Positions 14,401 to 26,760 of a DNA stretch of 64,000 nucleotides are shown in pieces. Location of the stretch: positions 1-64,000 of the forward strand of contig NW_026863189.1 of NCBI RefSeq assembly GCF_026571515.1, in the 5' to 3' direction. The position numbers and the translations under genes were made by a program. The first letter of the stretch is position 1. Each line of letters starts with the position of its first letter. Source of the DNA: Ruditapes philippinarum (taxonomy: Eukaryota). The notes under the pieces were generated by a model. That model had not been told where the DNA came from, did not search any database, and saw only the letters and a program-made list of their open reading frames with translations.

Positions 14401-15350
14401 CTTTTGCATACCTACAAACGAAAATACAATTAAGTGGTACTTTCATGGTTGACAATTGTATACCACTTAAACCGGCGCTTAGAGACGTATGAGACGTTGC
14501 ACTTTCTATTGTTTTTCATTTGACAAAATTAATAACAATGAGCCTGCGATTTCTAAGTATCGAGAGTCCACTCAATTGATTTTATACGAGTATAATAACA
14601 TACATTTTATACATCGAGAAAATAAATTATAGATAGGTACTGACTGTATAAATTATGTCATATTGAGCATTGCCAAAATAGGCTAATTATGTTTATTCCT
14701 GGTCTGATCGGATTTATAGAATATGACAATAAGAGTATAAATGTGAAAAGTTTCTTATACTTGATTTCCCCCATTCAACATACTTTCAATTAATAACCAA
14801 ATGACTTAGTGATGTCATATTAATAGTTAAATGCCATTAGTTTTAATGTCTGAATGACTCAACACATTGTTATATGTTGTGAAATATTTCACTTTTCATT
14901 TACGGAATGCAAAAGGATAACATATTATAGATAAAACACAAAGCTTTGTTAATTGAAATGTTAAAATGACAACCTGTTTATTCATTGTCTGCCAAACAAA
15001 TGTAATACACTCTTATCTTTGTCAATTATTCACAAAAGTGTGTCTTATTGTTTAATATTCTAACGAATGAGAATCTTTCTTTTGGAACAAATTGGACGTC
15101 ATCAGTGTTGTATTCTTTCAATAGTCATCCTGTACTACAGACATCTCATTGATTTTCAGAGCACTGACACTGTTGCTTCCTTGATATAGTGGTTCTGAAA
15201 TAAGTAGCTATAATTATTAAAGAAGTAGATTTTCGCATTTTCCGTTTTACGATTTGCTGAGTGCTTTGCTATTATGGATTGTACTAGAATGTTCAGGATT
15301 TTGAAATTAAACTAAGCAATATCGTGTTTGAAGCGTTTGAAATTTATGTC

Positions 15351-15600
15351 ATGACACTTGTGAAGCAATGTGTTGCATCCTCAGTTGTTCTCGCAGGAAT
15401 GTCTGTTTTGTTGCAGACTATAAGCTTTATAATCCCTGGATGGTTAATAACTGAAACGAGTTGTTACAGTGTAAATATGGCTGTATGGTATGTGATTCTG
15501 TGTGCTGGTAAACAAAATGGAACGCTCAATTACTCATGTAATTCAATGTCGTATAAGGAACTGCTTTCTGGAAAGAATAAAAACAGTTTAAGTCAAATAG
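15351..15600 (+). CDS. Variable first coding exon V4 (TM1 + extracellular loop 1) of claudin/PMP22-like tetraspan protein
   Basis: ATG 15351, open 250 nt to caa ata g|gtaagt (consensus donor, phase 1); paralogous to V3 and V5. Confidence 0.83.
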
Positions 15601-16699
15601 GTAAGTTTGTGAATAATGTTATTAATACAACATTCGTTTAAAAAAAGAATTGTTGTCATTTATCATTACCGGTATATTACTTTTTGATTTAGTGTATATT
15701 AAGCACATCATGCTTGTAGGGGAAACTTAAAATGATGTAATTGTGTTGTTGTTTTCTCCTGCTATTTTTAGTTAGTTCTGTGGGCAAAGAATTTATATTG
15801 CTAGAAAAGTCATGTTTTTATTTGTTAATAACACTTTATAAGATATCCTTTTGTTTAGTCAGACAATGCACATTTCTCCTTTTTTAAACTTCTTTAATGT
15901 TTTGCTTGTCTTTCAAAGTTATGATTGTCAATTTTTTATTAAAATATATATTAATTGCACTTACTTTATATATATATCAAACACTTCATTGATTTGAAAA
16001 CAAAAAGGAAATATATGAAACAATCAGATAATGCAAGACGAAATTAATTTTCTATGTGATTTATTCGAGAAAAAGACGAGATACTTTTCAGGACCATTGG
16101 AGATGCTCTCTAATTTCTAAAGCACATATGCTAATTCTGAGAACCATCTCGAGGTTTCATATACTCTACAAAAAGCAAAAAAATATACATTGAATTATTA
16201 AACCATATTTTACTTTAATTTGCTTTGTTTTATTTTGTCTCTATCTTTTGTCTCTATTGTACGAATAATGACTTTATGGACATATTTTTACCGTAGGAAT
16301 GATTGTTTTTGTTATTCCAAAATATGTATTTTTCTATATATTTTTTTCATTTACAAGACACATGTGGGCAATAGGCCCACGAGTATACAGTGCTATACAT
16401 TTTATACATGAATTTATGTCAAGATTGTTGTTCATGTTTATTAAAATGTGTCATAAATTTCTATCATGCACCTGATTAAAAAGAACAAAATCTGCAAAGG
16501 GTAAATGGGTAAAATTGTCACCGTTTAACATATGGTATCAGCTATAATATCAAAGTATCCTTGAAAATACTGAAAATGAAATAACGATTTTATTTCATCA
16601 ACATTTCTCAATATTTTATTTATAAGACTTGATAAATCTATAGACTAGTACACATGTAAATAAGTATATAGTGAGAAAGTATTTTTTTTGTATTTTAAA

Positions 16700-16880
16700 A
16701 GAAAGGTCTCAGATATCCCCCAGGTCCTTTTTTCAGGAACGAACGAGCATCTTAAAAGAATCGTTGGATAGCTTTCTCACTTAAATGACTCTGAACTCAA
16801 TGGCGGGATTCGAACCAACAGCAGAAAGGAAGGCAAACAAATTGAAGTTAGTAACCTTAGTCATACCACACAGGACCCCT
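16700..16880 (-). mobile_element. Degenerate tRNA-derived SINE fragment
   Basis: Reverse-strand B box (gggattcgaacc on +) with A-box-like remnant at 16855-16878; a similar fragment lies at 42660-42780. Confidence 0.55.
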
Positions 16881-17602
16881 ACTATAATTATAATCTTTAA
16901 AATATATCAATAGTGCAATTACGGGTTAACTCATATCAAATTATATAAGGAGTTAACTCGTTACTGCATATCATATTGTATTAGACGTGAAAAATAAGAT
17001 CTTCTCATCAAACGTCATTAATTCTTGATATAACTGTCAATATTTCTTGACAATGACGTTTTAATACGTAAGAGTTTGGGCTGTGTTCCTACGATTGATA
17101 AATATGACATCCATAACTTCCTTTCTCAAATAATGTTATTGTCTTAGACATGTGTGCGCCTCAAAAATAGACAGTATTAAAGCATGGTTTACTTGTAAAA
17201 TGTGTAACAAACTGTCTGGCTAAAACTTCACTATTTCATTATTGATATATACATATTCTCATTTTCATTTAAAACTATATAATTATTCATATATTGTTTG
17301 TATTGAAAGCACAAATTTAAGACTTATGCACCTAAATAATATATGCATCATTTTTATAAACCTGGTGCTCAAATAAAGAATTAACAATATTTTAAGTAAC
17401 AGAAAACTTGTCTTACAAAGATATGGTTGACATTCACAATTTCTGAAAATCAAGGGTGATCGTTGGAAATAAAATTAAATTATTGAAAACGTTTCTACAT
17501 ATTCTGCACAATTATCCGATGTTGAAAAATAGTGCAACGTTGGGAAACATAAGCAATTGCTTGTACAAGTAAGCCAGCATTAAACAGAGAAATAAAACAC
17601 TC

Positions 17603-17772
17603 TCGTTTGATTCTTTTTTTACATTTGACGGATAAAAAGGCAATTCAGCATTCTAGACAAAACTATTTTCACTAACATATTCTAATGCTCTCGCTTGGTT
17701 CTTTCTTTTACATTTGACGGATGAAAAGGCAATTAAGCATTCTAGACAAAACTATTTTCACTTACATATTCA
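17603..17772. repeat. ~88-bp tandem duplication
   Basis: ttacatttgacggat(a/g)aaaaggcaatt(c/a)agcattctagacaaaactattttcact occurs twice in tandem. Confidence 0.85.
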
Positions 17773-17966
17773 GATGTAACTACATTATTTATAGACGGCT
17801 TTCAGTTTCACGCCCAGCTATCAACATCAATTGTGTGGCAGGTGTTTAGCTGTTTTTCAGAGAACATCTCACTCTGCATTGTTGGAAACGACACTCGGGG
17901 GGTTTCATGAAAAAGAGTCAGGGATATTTGAAAAGCAGTTAAATGTCAACAATTCTTAAATGTAAT

Positions 17967-20178
17967 TTTTCTTTTGTACAAAAATATTTTGGTTAAATTG
18001 AAAAAAAATGAAAATAAAGGCGATGTACCTGCATGTATATCTATATACAGAATTGTTTGAATGACAATATGAAGTGCAAATCGTAAGCGAAAGGACACAA
18101 ACATATAAAAATTATAGACATCATATCAAAAAAAGTCATAATAATAACAATCTACTCAGCAATGTCGTCCGATGACTAATCGTTTTCCGGAAATGACAAA
18201 GCATATAAAATCTAACTGAGCGTTGTAGCTTTTATATCTATCTACTCGTAAATTCAGTCTGATAGAATAATTACTACTTTTAGTAAGATTGAGCAGGAAG
18301 TAGCATTTGATTACAAGTAATTGTACAGATATATTCGGGACAATTACATTGAGGCTATTGGTTGATAATGCAAATAGGTAATAATTTAAAGTCTTTATCA
18401 TACCTTTCAAATAAAGAGTACATGTACAGTGCATGTGGTATTTCAAATAACTATATAGAGTTTAAAAGCAATCAATGTATACTTTTCCCACCATTTATTC
18501 GTTCACAAGTAGGGTTGCTATTCTACGTTGAAATATAAGGTTTCATGGTTGCACGATGCATATTAATTGAATAAAAAGAAAGAAGTGTTGCAATTAAGTA
18601 TAACGTAGGATTAATTCTAAAATGTTAGGAAGCAATAATCGCAATATGTTTTAAGCGGGCACACAGGTCGATTCAAATAGAACAAAGAGGCAAAAGGAAA
18701 TCTTTTCCTGGTTATTTTGCGGAGAAATCATTCTTCGGCCTATATAAAAACCTATACGAAGCGGGCAGTTTACTGTATTACTAAGGTATTGATTAATATC
18801 GGATCGCTACTCACTAAATGATTTTGCCTTATGTATATAGGTGTAGGAAAAAATAAATGAACCGGACGTCGGACATAAAGCGGAGGGTTATAATATAGGG
18901 AAAATAAGATAACAAGTAATTTATTTCTAAAGATATAAGAAACCCCGTTACAATAATAGTCTGGCAATTTATTATGCAAAGATTTACTTGTTCGTATTCG
19001 TTTTTTTAGACTCCAACCAGATATGAAGTACAAGCTAGGCAATTTCGATCCTAACTTCAATAATTTGATTTGCTCCGTGGCAGCATTTTGTTTGAAATTT
19101 AAGGAGCAAGTGCAATTGATAATTGAACAGACTATTGAGGACAAAAATTGAGAGTTGTGAAAACATAACGCTGAAGAATTTGTTATTGAAAGAGGACAGA
19201 AATAGAACACTGCAGTCCACCCAAGAATCATTCGTTGTTTTAAATCAAACAGATTAGAAAATCTGATAAAATACAAAGTAATGAATATATAAAACATTTG
19301 TTGTACGAACGTGCAAAAATAAAAGGATATAAACGTAAATATTTTAATCCCTAGCTTAAGAAAATATTTTCTTTATATAAACATATCATTCTGCATCTTA
19401 GAAGAAATAATACCACTACGTCTTTTAATATAAAAATGAGTTTTTGTGTAGACGTGATTCAATTTTAGAGAGAAAGTTAATTTGCAAAGCCTTTTTTTCC
19501 AGATTCAAGATTAACTGAAATGCGATGTGTCGTTATAAGAATGTAAAAGATTTTCCTGAAAAACAGTACTTAAATAAAAAAATTTCTTATATGACAATAA
19601 CTTTCATACGAATATCAATATCAATACAATCGCTACCTTTTTGACGGTCAATTTTACGTCGTACAAAAGGTTTATCTGTCTGTATGTCATATATAATGTT
19701 CATATGATACCTAATAGGCTTATATCTGTGAATATGTAATTAATTTGTCGGAAGACACTGTCCGCATTATCCTCTTACTTAATTAACTAGTCTACATATC
19801 ACTGCAAAATTTGAAAGTTGCTTCCTATGTTATGTCTACAATCTTCTAAATTAGTGAATAGCAAAGACGCAAATTTTCATAAACAACACATAATTCCAGG
19901 ATCCAGAACACATTTGTTGGAGGAAACGTTCTATCGTAATGAGATAGTTTGCCCATCCAACGCTTCCTTTCTTGTAGGAATGACTTGTTAACATCAAACA
20001 TAATGTTGTGATAACATGTTGCTTGACAGTTTTGGAGAAATATGGAAAAGCAATGATATATATTATTGAAAACATTTCCAAGATAAATTGCCAAGTTCAT
20101 GAACTACCATTGCCTGTAGAGTTCTGTCAATATTAAAATGTAATGAAAATAATTCCAAATGTTTATTTTATTGGTCAA
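17967..20178 (+). repeat. Segmental duplication, paired with 1-2235
   Basis: Same collinear alignment as for 1-2235. Confidence 0.92.
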
Positions 20179-20196
20179 AATACACATGTCAACACC

Positions 20197-20274
20197 ATTT
20201 AATGTTAAGCAGTTCTCCAAATATTTAATGTTAAGCAGTTCTCCAAATATTTAAGGTTAAGCAGTTCTCCAAAT
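20197..20274. repeat. 26-bp tandem repeat x3
   Basis: atttaatgttaagcagttctccaaat repeated three times with one substitution. Confidence 0.9.
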
Positions 20275-20842
20275 TGCGCTATGTTGAATGTTCCTGCTGG
20301 CGACTATTTTGATATTGTTATTTGATTATTTCAGCTTTTTAATTATGTCATTAGATTACGGTTTTGTTTAGTAATATGACGAAAGTTAACTATTCTTTTG
20401 ATATATTTTAGTCTGGAAAAGGAGTTATCCATCGGAAGCAATTAAAGCTACAATATTACATAAAAATTGCATACTCGCTTTTATTGAGTCTGTTCCATAT
20501 ATGCCAATCATTGCCCAGTTCGTACCTAATCTTATTTGGACAGTTAAATCTCATTCAACAACTTGTACTTTTGTTGTCAATGATTTCGTGTTGTCGGTAA
20601 GGAGTGTTGTAGTGTAAAATGTGTCGTATATCAATTGAATTTGTCACCTGTAACCTTTCAGAAACAAAATCTTGGCTCTAAGTTTTCCTTGATTTCCTCA
20701 TTTTCTTTATAAAAAAATACGTTTCGCATTTTATTTCAAGTTTTAAAGAAAACGATAATTATATGACATAATAACCAGTTTTAACCAGCAGAGTCTCTTA
20801 AATGGCTTTGTCACGCTTATAGTTTTTGAACTGTCCATTACC

Positions 20843-20990
20843 AATTTTGTGGATATCGAGATGAAAATTCGAAGTAAGTTATCCTTGTAGAACCTGTAGA
20901 GCCTGGTCAGAAAGCATGGATGTTCAGGCTTGCCAGGCTCTATACCGGTGGCAAATGCTGATCACCGTCTGTCCAAGCAGCTCAAAAGTA
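20843..20990. mobile_element. MITE-like fragment
   Basis: agagcctggtcagaaagcatggatgttcaggcttgccaggctct imperfect palindrome, resembling the internal motif of the 60292 MITE (cagactgcgcggatgcgcaggctgg); another decayed copy at ~37475-37555. Confidence 0.5.
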
Positions 20991-22199
20991 GATGCTTATA
21001 TCAGGAAAACTTATTATGTAAAATCGAATTAAGTCAGCAAATAAGGCTCTTTACAGTTATCTGCACGAATAAAAAAATGATATGAGACATGCATAGTAAT
21101 TTCAATAACTGCAGAGCATAATATATCTGATTAAGAATAAAGCATCATTTTACCTGAAGGGATTCATATAATAAAAGTTAAAATCACTCTTGCCTAAATG
21201 TACTCTATGTACCCCGAAGTATGCTCTCTGGTGTAACTGCATATTCTGAATGAAAATATTACTTACACAAAAAAACTTAACAACCTCTTGAATAAACATC
21301 AATCGAAATTTAGCGATAACTTTAATTAGAAATGAAAAAAATTAATACAAGTTTGAGGGCTGTATTTTTTATTGCTTTTTTTATTGTTTTTATTTAATTT
21401 TTGTGTTTCATTCAGCAAGCCACTTACAGAAAAGCTATCAATTTATGGAAATTTAAATTGAAAAGCGACGATACGTCTCTAAAAATCTTAAAATTATTTC
21501 ATTTTACGACAAGCACTCTTAAATTGGCTTTCAAAAACAATTATTACTCTCTGTAAATTGGTTATTTCTTTTTCTAATTTATTTTTATAGAATTATACCT
21601 CATTTATTGTTATTAAAGTTGTTATTTTATGTAACTTCACTGTCGTTATTATTTCTAAATCTATGTATGTAGACAACTTTATTTGTTTTGATATTCAAAG
21701 TGTATGGAACATGATGATAGACTAAAAGGTTTTATCCAAAATAATGTTTTGTATGATACACCAGTGAGGAATAAATTTAGATAAATATGTACATGATCAC
21801 CCAATGTTAGATAAACTCTTACATCAATGCTTTCTAACACAAACGCACATACATTTGTAACAAGTGTGGTAAATGTAATCACCTGTAGCAAGTTATTTTT
21901 ATCTGATCATTCATTTGTTCTTTTGATATTTTGTTTACCGAGTTATGGAATCAGAGAAAAAAGGAAAAAGCAAATATACTTGTAGATTTAGAGTATTTAA
22001 AAAATCAAACAATTAAAATTTACAGGAATATCTGAAAATCTTAAAGGTATGAAAATTCACTCACTATTTTTTGTAATTATTTTAGTACATGTATAGTTCA
22101 CATGTTGTATTATTTGAAATAAAATAAATATGTAAGACTTAATAGGTTGTTGTAACCCTTCCATGTTATATATTTTATAATTTGTTTTAACTAGTTATA

Positions 22200-22750
22200 C
22201 ATATAGAGGATATTTGTTTGTTTTGCGTGTAAGATTGAAATATAATTTCATTGAGTGAACACCAGTTGCAATATTTTCACGAGTGGCGTAGCCACGAGTG
22301 AAAATATAATAGCTGGTGTTCACGAATGAAATATAATTCAATCTTATATGTAAAACAAATAAATTTTCTTTTTATTTTATGCTTTTTAAGTGATTTTAAG
22401 TATTTTTTTACTGATTTTGCCGCGTAACGTCGTGCATTCTCCTTTGTGACGTCATTATATCATGACGTCACATCAACAGTTTTGAAATCTAGTTCCGTTA
22501 AATTTCACTAATTTTGTTAAATTTCTAACATGATGTATGATGACATTGACTTTCTTTTCCTAAAGAAGCAAAATATACGTATGGCGGCATTTATTTCTGC
22601 CTGTTATTCCATTTATTTATGATTTTCTGTTCATCCGCATTCAGATATAGTCCGGCTACAGTGAAAATTATATTTTATAAATTTCACTAGTGGTTTATCA
22701 GAATATAATCATCTGATATATTACAATAAAACACTGGAAAGCATGAAATA
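22200..22750. mobile_element. Non-autonomous element with a long internal palindrome
   Basis: Inverted arms ~22213-22367 (tttgtttgtttt..taagattgaaatataatttcatt..gtgaacaccag..ttttcac / gtgaaaa..ctggtgttcac..aatgaaatataattcaatctta..aaaacaaataaa) centred on gagtggcgtagccacgag. The 3' boundary is approximate. Confidence 0.6.
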
Positions 22751-23658
22751 AATACATTTGTCAATATCTATTTTTGAGAATTGAGTTTAAAATTCAGAGG
22801 TCAAAAAACTAGATGACCTATACTAAGTTATGGTTGATATAATGGAATAATGGAATGATCAAATCGTCGTCGTATGTATAACTATTGAAAGTAATGTCGC
22901 CAAGGAACAGGTTATTTTTTGCTTTAATCTGATAAAATCATTTGGGATATTTTATGTTAATTATTCTTTATTTTGCTGATTACATTTCAAACAGTCTTTT
23001 ATAAAGTAAAAGCGTTGTTGATTTAAATAATAGCACAATTTGTAAAGCATATGGCCACTCTTAACAACAAATAAGTCTTCTGTAATGTCTAAATGCCTTT
23101 GATAAATACATTGATCTATGGTGTGAGATATTTCTCTTTTCATTAATGGCGTGCAAAAAGATAACATATTACAGATAAAGCACATAGCTTTGATTATTGC
23201 ACCGTTGACATGGCAACATCTTTATACATTGCATCAAGATTCAGAACTGCCTAATTACTCAAAAAAACTATCTCATTGCTAACACAAATTAGCTTTTCTG
23301 TCAGGCTTTTAATAGTATATTTAACAATCAAACGTAAAACACTTCTTTGTCAACTAATGGAAGTGCTTGTCTCGCTTTCATAAAGATAGGGAGTATTGTT
23401 GACAAGGGAATAAAACGGACGTTTACTGTGTTATTTCATAGAGCGCCTATTCTGCAGACATCGCATTGATTTTCAGCATTGGTTGATATAGTAATACTGG
23501 AATAAATAGCTCTCAATGTTTAAGAAGCTGTTAAGGTTATTTTCTGTTCCATGATTACAATGTATTTTGCTATCATATAGTATGTTGGAATTGTCGGATT
23601 AATCTAAAAAAGTTTAAAAATTTTGATCTGGAATAGTGAAGGGTGCGTATTCTATGCC

Positions 23659-23911
23659 ATGACAGTTGTTAAAAACTGTGTAATTTTTTCCGTTCTTTTG
23701 GCGGTAATGTCTGTTTTGTTTCAGACGATAAGTTTCATTATTCCTGGGTGGTTTATAGCTGACACAAATTCTTTAAGTGTAAATATGGCTGTGTGGTATG
23801 TGATTTTCTGTGATGGTGAACGAAATGAAACTGTGTTCAGTGACTCATGCGAATCTATATCATATACACAATTATTTTCTGGACAAAATGGAGATAAGCT
23901 CGCTCGATTGG
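23659..23911 (+). CDS. Variable first coding exon V5 (TM1 + extracellular loop 1) of claudin/PMP22-like tetraspan protein
   Basis: ATG 23659 (gccATG), open 253 nt to cga ttg g|gtaggt (phase 1); nearest V exon to the constant exons. Confidence 0.85.
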
Positions 23912-26661
23912 GTAGGTGCATGTTGCTTTATATTATTAATCTTCCTGGTTGCTTGGAGAAAAAAGAACTTGCTAATACATGTTCAACGATTATAGATCAG
24001 GGCCAGGTGTCACGTGTGTGTAGTTTGAGCATATTTTTCCTATTACCATAAGAATAAAAAATTCACTGACATTCACTGACAATAGATTGAATCTTTGAGC
24101 ATTACAAGTTCAAAAGTGCATTAAACGAATTGAGCATATTAAGATTTGAAAAGTGTGCGTTATTATAAAATATGTATAAGTAACATAAAAGGAATGTTTA
24201 TAGGCCCATAGTACACAGCTCTTTCTTTCATGGATATGTTACATTGTGTTTCTATAAATAATATCTCCCCCTTGTGGGCAACAAAATTAAAGCCATCGTT
24301 TATGCCTGCATGATCGTAGGAAGCGCCTTAATGCAGGAACCTAAGTATTTTATAGCTCCAGCAGGTGAGGTGGTTTTGCACCTATGGAATTGCTCTTTAC
24401 CTTAAGTCATCTTTCCTGTCTAAATTGTGTTGATGCGCCGTAAAACCAAACAAAACAAGACAAGCATAAAATCTATAATGATTTGTCTACTCAATGATGT
24501 ATATGCTATACAATAATAGATGAACGTTAAATGGAAACCTCATATTGACACATTTTAAATAGACCTTTTGTCAGAGTATGTAAGATATTGTTCTTAATTG
24601 TGGCATGTACATGTATATAACGATATTATAACAAAGAAGGAGAAAAATACAACCGGCGCATTGTGCTAACTAAATACATGTTATACAGGACCCTTCTTTT
24701 ATTAATATAAAAGTAAAACAATTTATATTATTAACGCTTTTAAGGAAATTTGGGTCTTACTTAAGAATAATGAATATCAATATGCAAATAAGAATAGTAA
24801 ATTAAAACGAATTGTTGTTTTAGTCATTTTAATACAAAATAATGATACATACCAATAAATGTGCATTACTTTATTACAGATAAAATCTAAACGTGGTGAA
24901 ATAGGCCGAAAGCATATATGCTCTTAGAAGCACTTGAGAAAATGAATTCCTAAAGGCTTATATTCAATTAAAAATAACACTAGGATTGCTAAGTAATCTA
25001 ATATTAATAAGAAAAGTAATGCCATTATTGACGACATAAATGTGTGTAAAATAGAGAAACGGAAACCTCCCAAAAGAACCCTGAGAACTACAAAAAAATA
25101 AATAAACGTTGCAGACTCATTTTGATTGAGTCTGAACAAAGACGGTACTTGAAAGCCCCCCCCCCCTCACGTACCGGCTTAAGCAGAATTCATCATTTAA
25201 ACATGAATATTTGTGAAAATTTAAATTAAAGAAAATCCATAGATGTGTTTTTAATATCATAGAACCTTCGTTATAACACTTTCGTGCCATTACATAAAAA
25301 TCGGTGTATGAAAAGTCAAGAATGTCTGCTCACTGATTAATATCATTTCACAAAAAATAAGTATTTTCTTTTTAACATACAGAGAATTGTTCAAGATAAC
25401 AATAGCTTTACTTATTCCTTCTACAGATCTTTTGTAACTGTGAATAATGTTAAAGGTACAGCTGTGAGACACTCAGATAATGTAATTAGTGACTGTAATA
25501 AGAACATACAAAATAGAGAAATAAATTTCCTTCTTTCTGATTAATTCTAAGAATGAACTGGACAATTTATATGGACAGCCAGAGGATTATGTTTACAAGG
25601 AACTGACAGTGTTTCGTCACACTAATGAAATACATAAAACTCTTTTGTCTGGCATAGGTGCTTAGCGTTATGCGATTTATATAGCTGTACAGTTTATTTT
25701 AAAATTGATAGGCCTAAAATGGACATATTTTCCATAAATATTTAAAATATTCATAAAAATCATAGATATGGATCATTTGGATATTCTTATGAATTTTTGC
25801 TGGAAAAAAAGTTGATATGGTTTTGTTAGATTTAAGATGAGCTTTTATATCATGAATGCTACATTTTGTTCTAGAACATTTTATTATCTGTTGTATACAT
25901 GTAAATAAATACATGTTGTTTCGGATAATGAATCTCACACATGCCAGCAACATTCGTGTACAATTCGTTTGGGGTTTGATAAATTGTGAAATTGTTTGAT
26001 GAATTGTGTTGCATAAAATATGCATGATTTCTGAAAAAATCATATCCAAATCATTAAAATGATTGTGAATTCATGATTAGCAGTATTTGTTTACATAACT
26101 TCGTTATTAAGCGTGTGTCTTCTTGTAATTTGCTTTGTTACATTAACCAAAACAACTAAAGTTATTGCTTGCAAATGTGCTAGAATTCATAGAATTCACG
26201 GAAAGTGCAATATGTAATAATTATTGTTGGCGGATATATTGATAAATGATATATATTAGTCATTTGATTAATGTTTTATACCGACATTAATTGCCGAATA
26301 TAACGTGATTTATGATGAGTATAGTGCACATTTTGTTACGCTACCTAGCAACCCGCATTTCTCATATTTGCATGGAAAGATAAACCTAAATATGGACAGT
26401 TTGTCTAGGTCAAATCTTATCGATATACTAATAAGATTTATAAGATTGAATAATAACTGTAGCATATGCATATCAAACCACTTGGGAAACAATTATTGTA
26501 ATGGCAAAAAGTTTCATATTACACAACTTTTTTAGCTTTATTTACTATCATTTATTCCTGGTGTGAAACAAAAACATATTGCTTAATGTTTTAAACCTTC
26601 GTTTAGTTAAGTTCCGGTTTTAGCATATGTTTATATATTATTACAACTTTTCATATTCCCG

Positions 26662-26760
26662 TAAATTATACATGTATATGATTTTGTTTGTTTGTTTGTT
26701 TGTTTCAAAGGCGTAAAATGAAACAAACAAACAAACAAAATCATATACATGTATAATTTA
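26662..26760. repeat. Near-perfect inverted repeat (46/42-bp arms, 11-nt loop)
   Basis: taaattatacatgtatatgatttt(gttt)5ca ... tg(aaac)4aaaatcatatacatgtataattta. Confidence 0.9.

Noticed and set aside
18770-19297. 175-aa minus-strand ORF in the duplicated block
   Set aside because: No recognisable motif, and the paralogous region (~800-1330) has indels and no equivalent long ORF in the track.
3442-23911. Reading V1-V5 as five independent small single-exon genes
   Set aside because: Similarity among the copies drops at a shared GT donor and the read-through tails are largely unrelated; each encodes only TM1+ECL1 of a four-TM fold completed by C1/C2.
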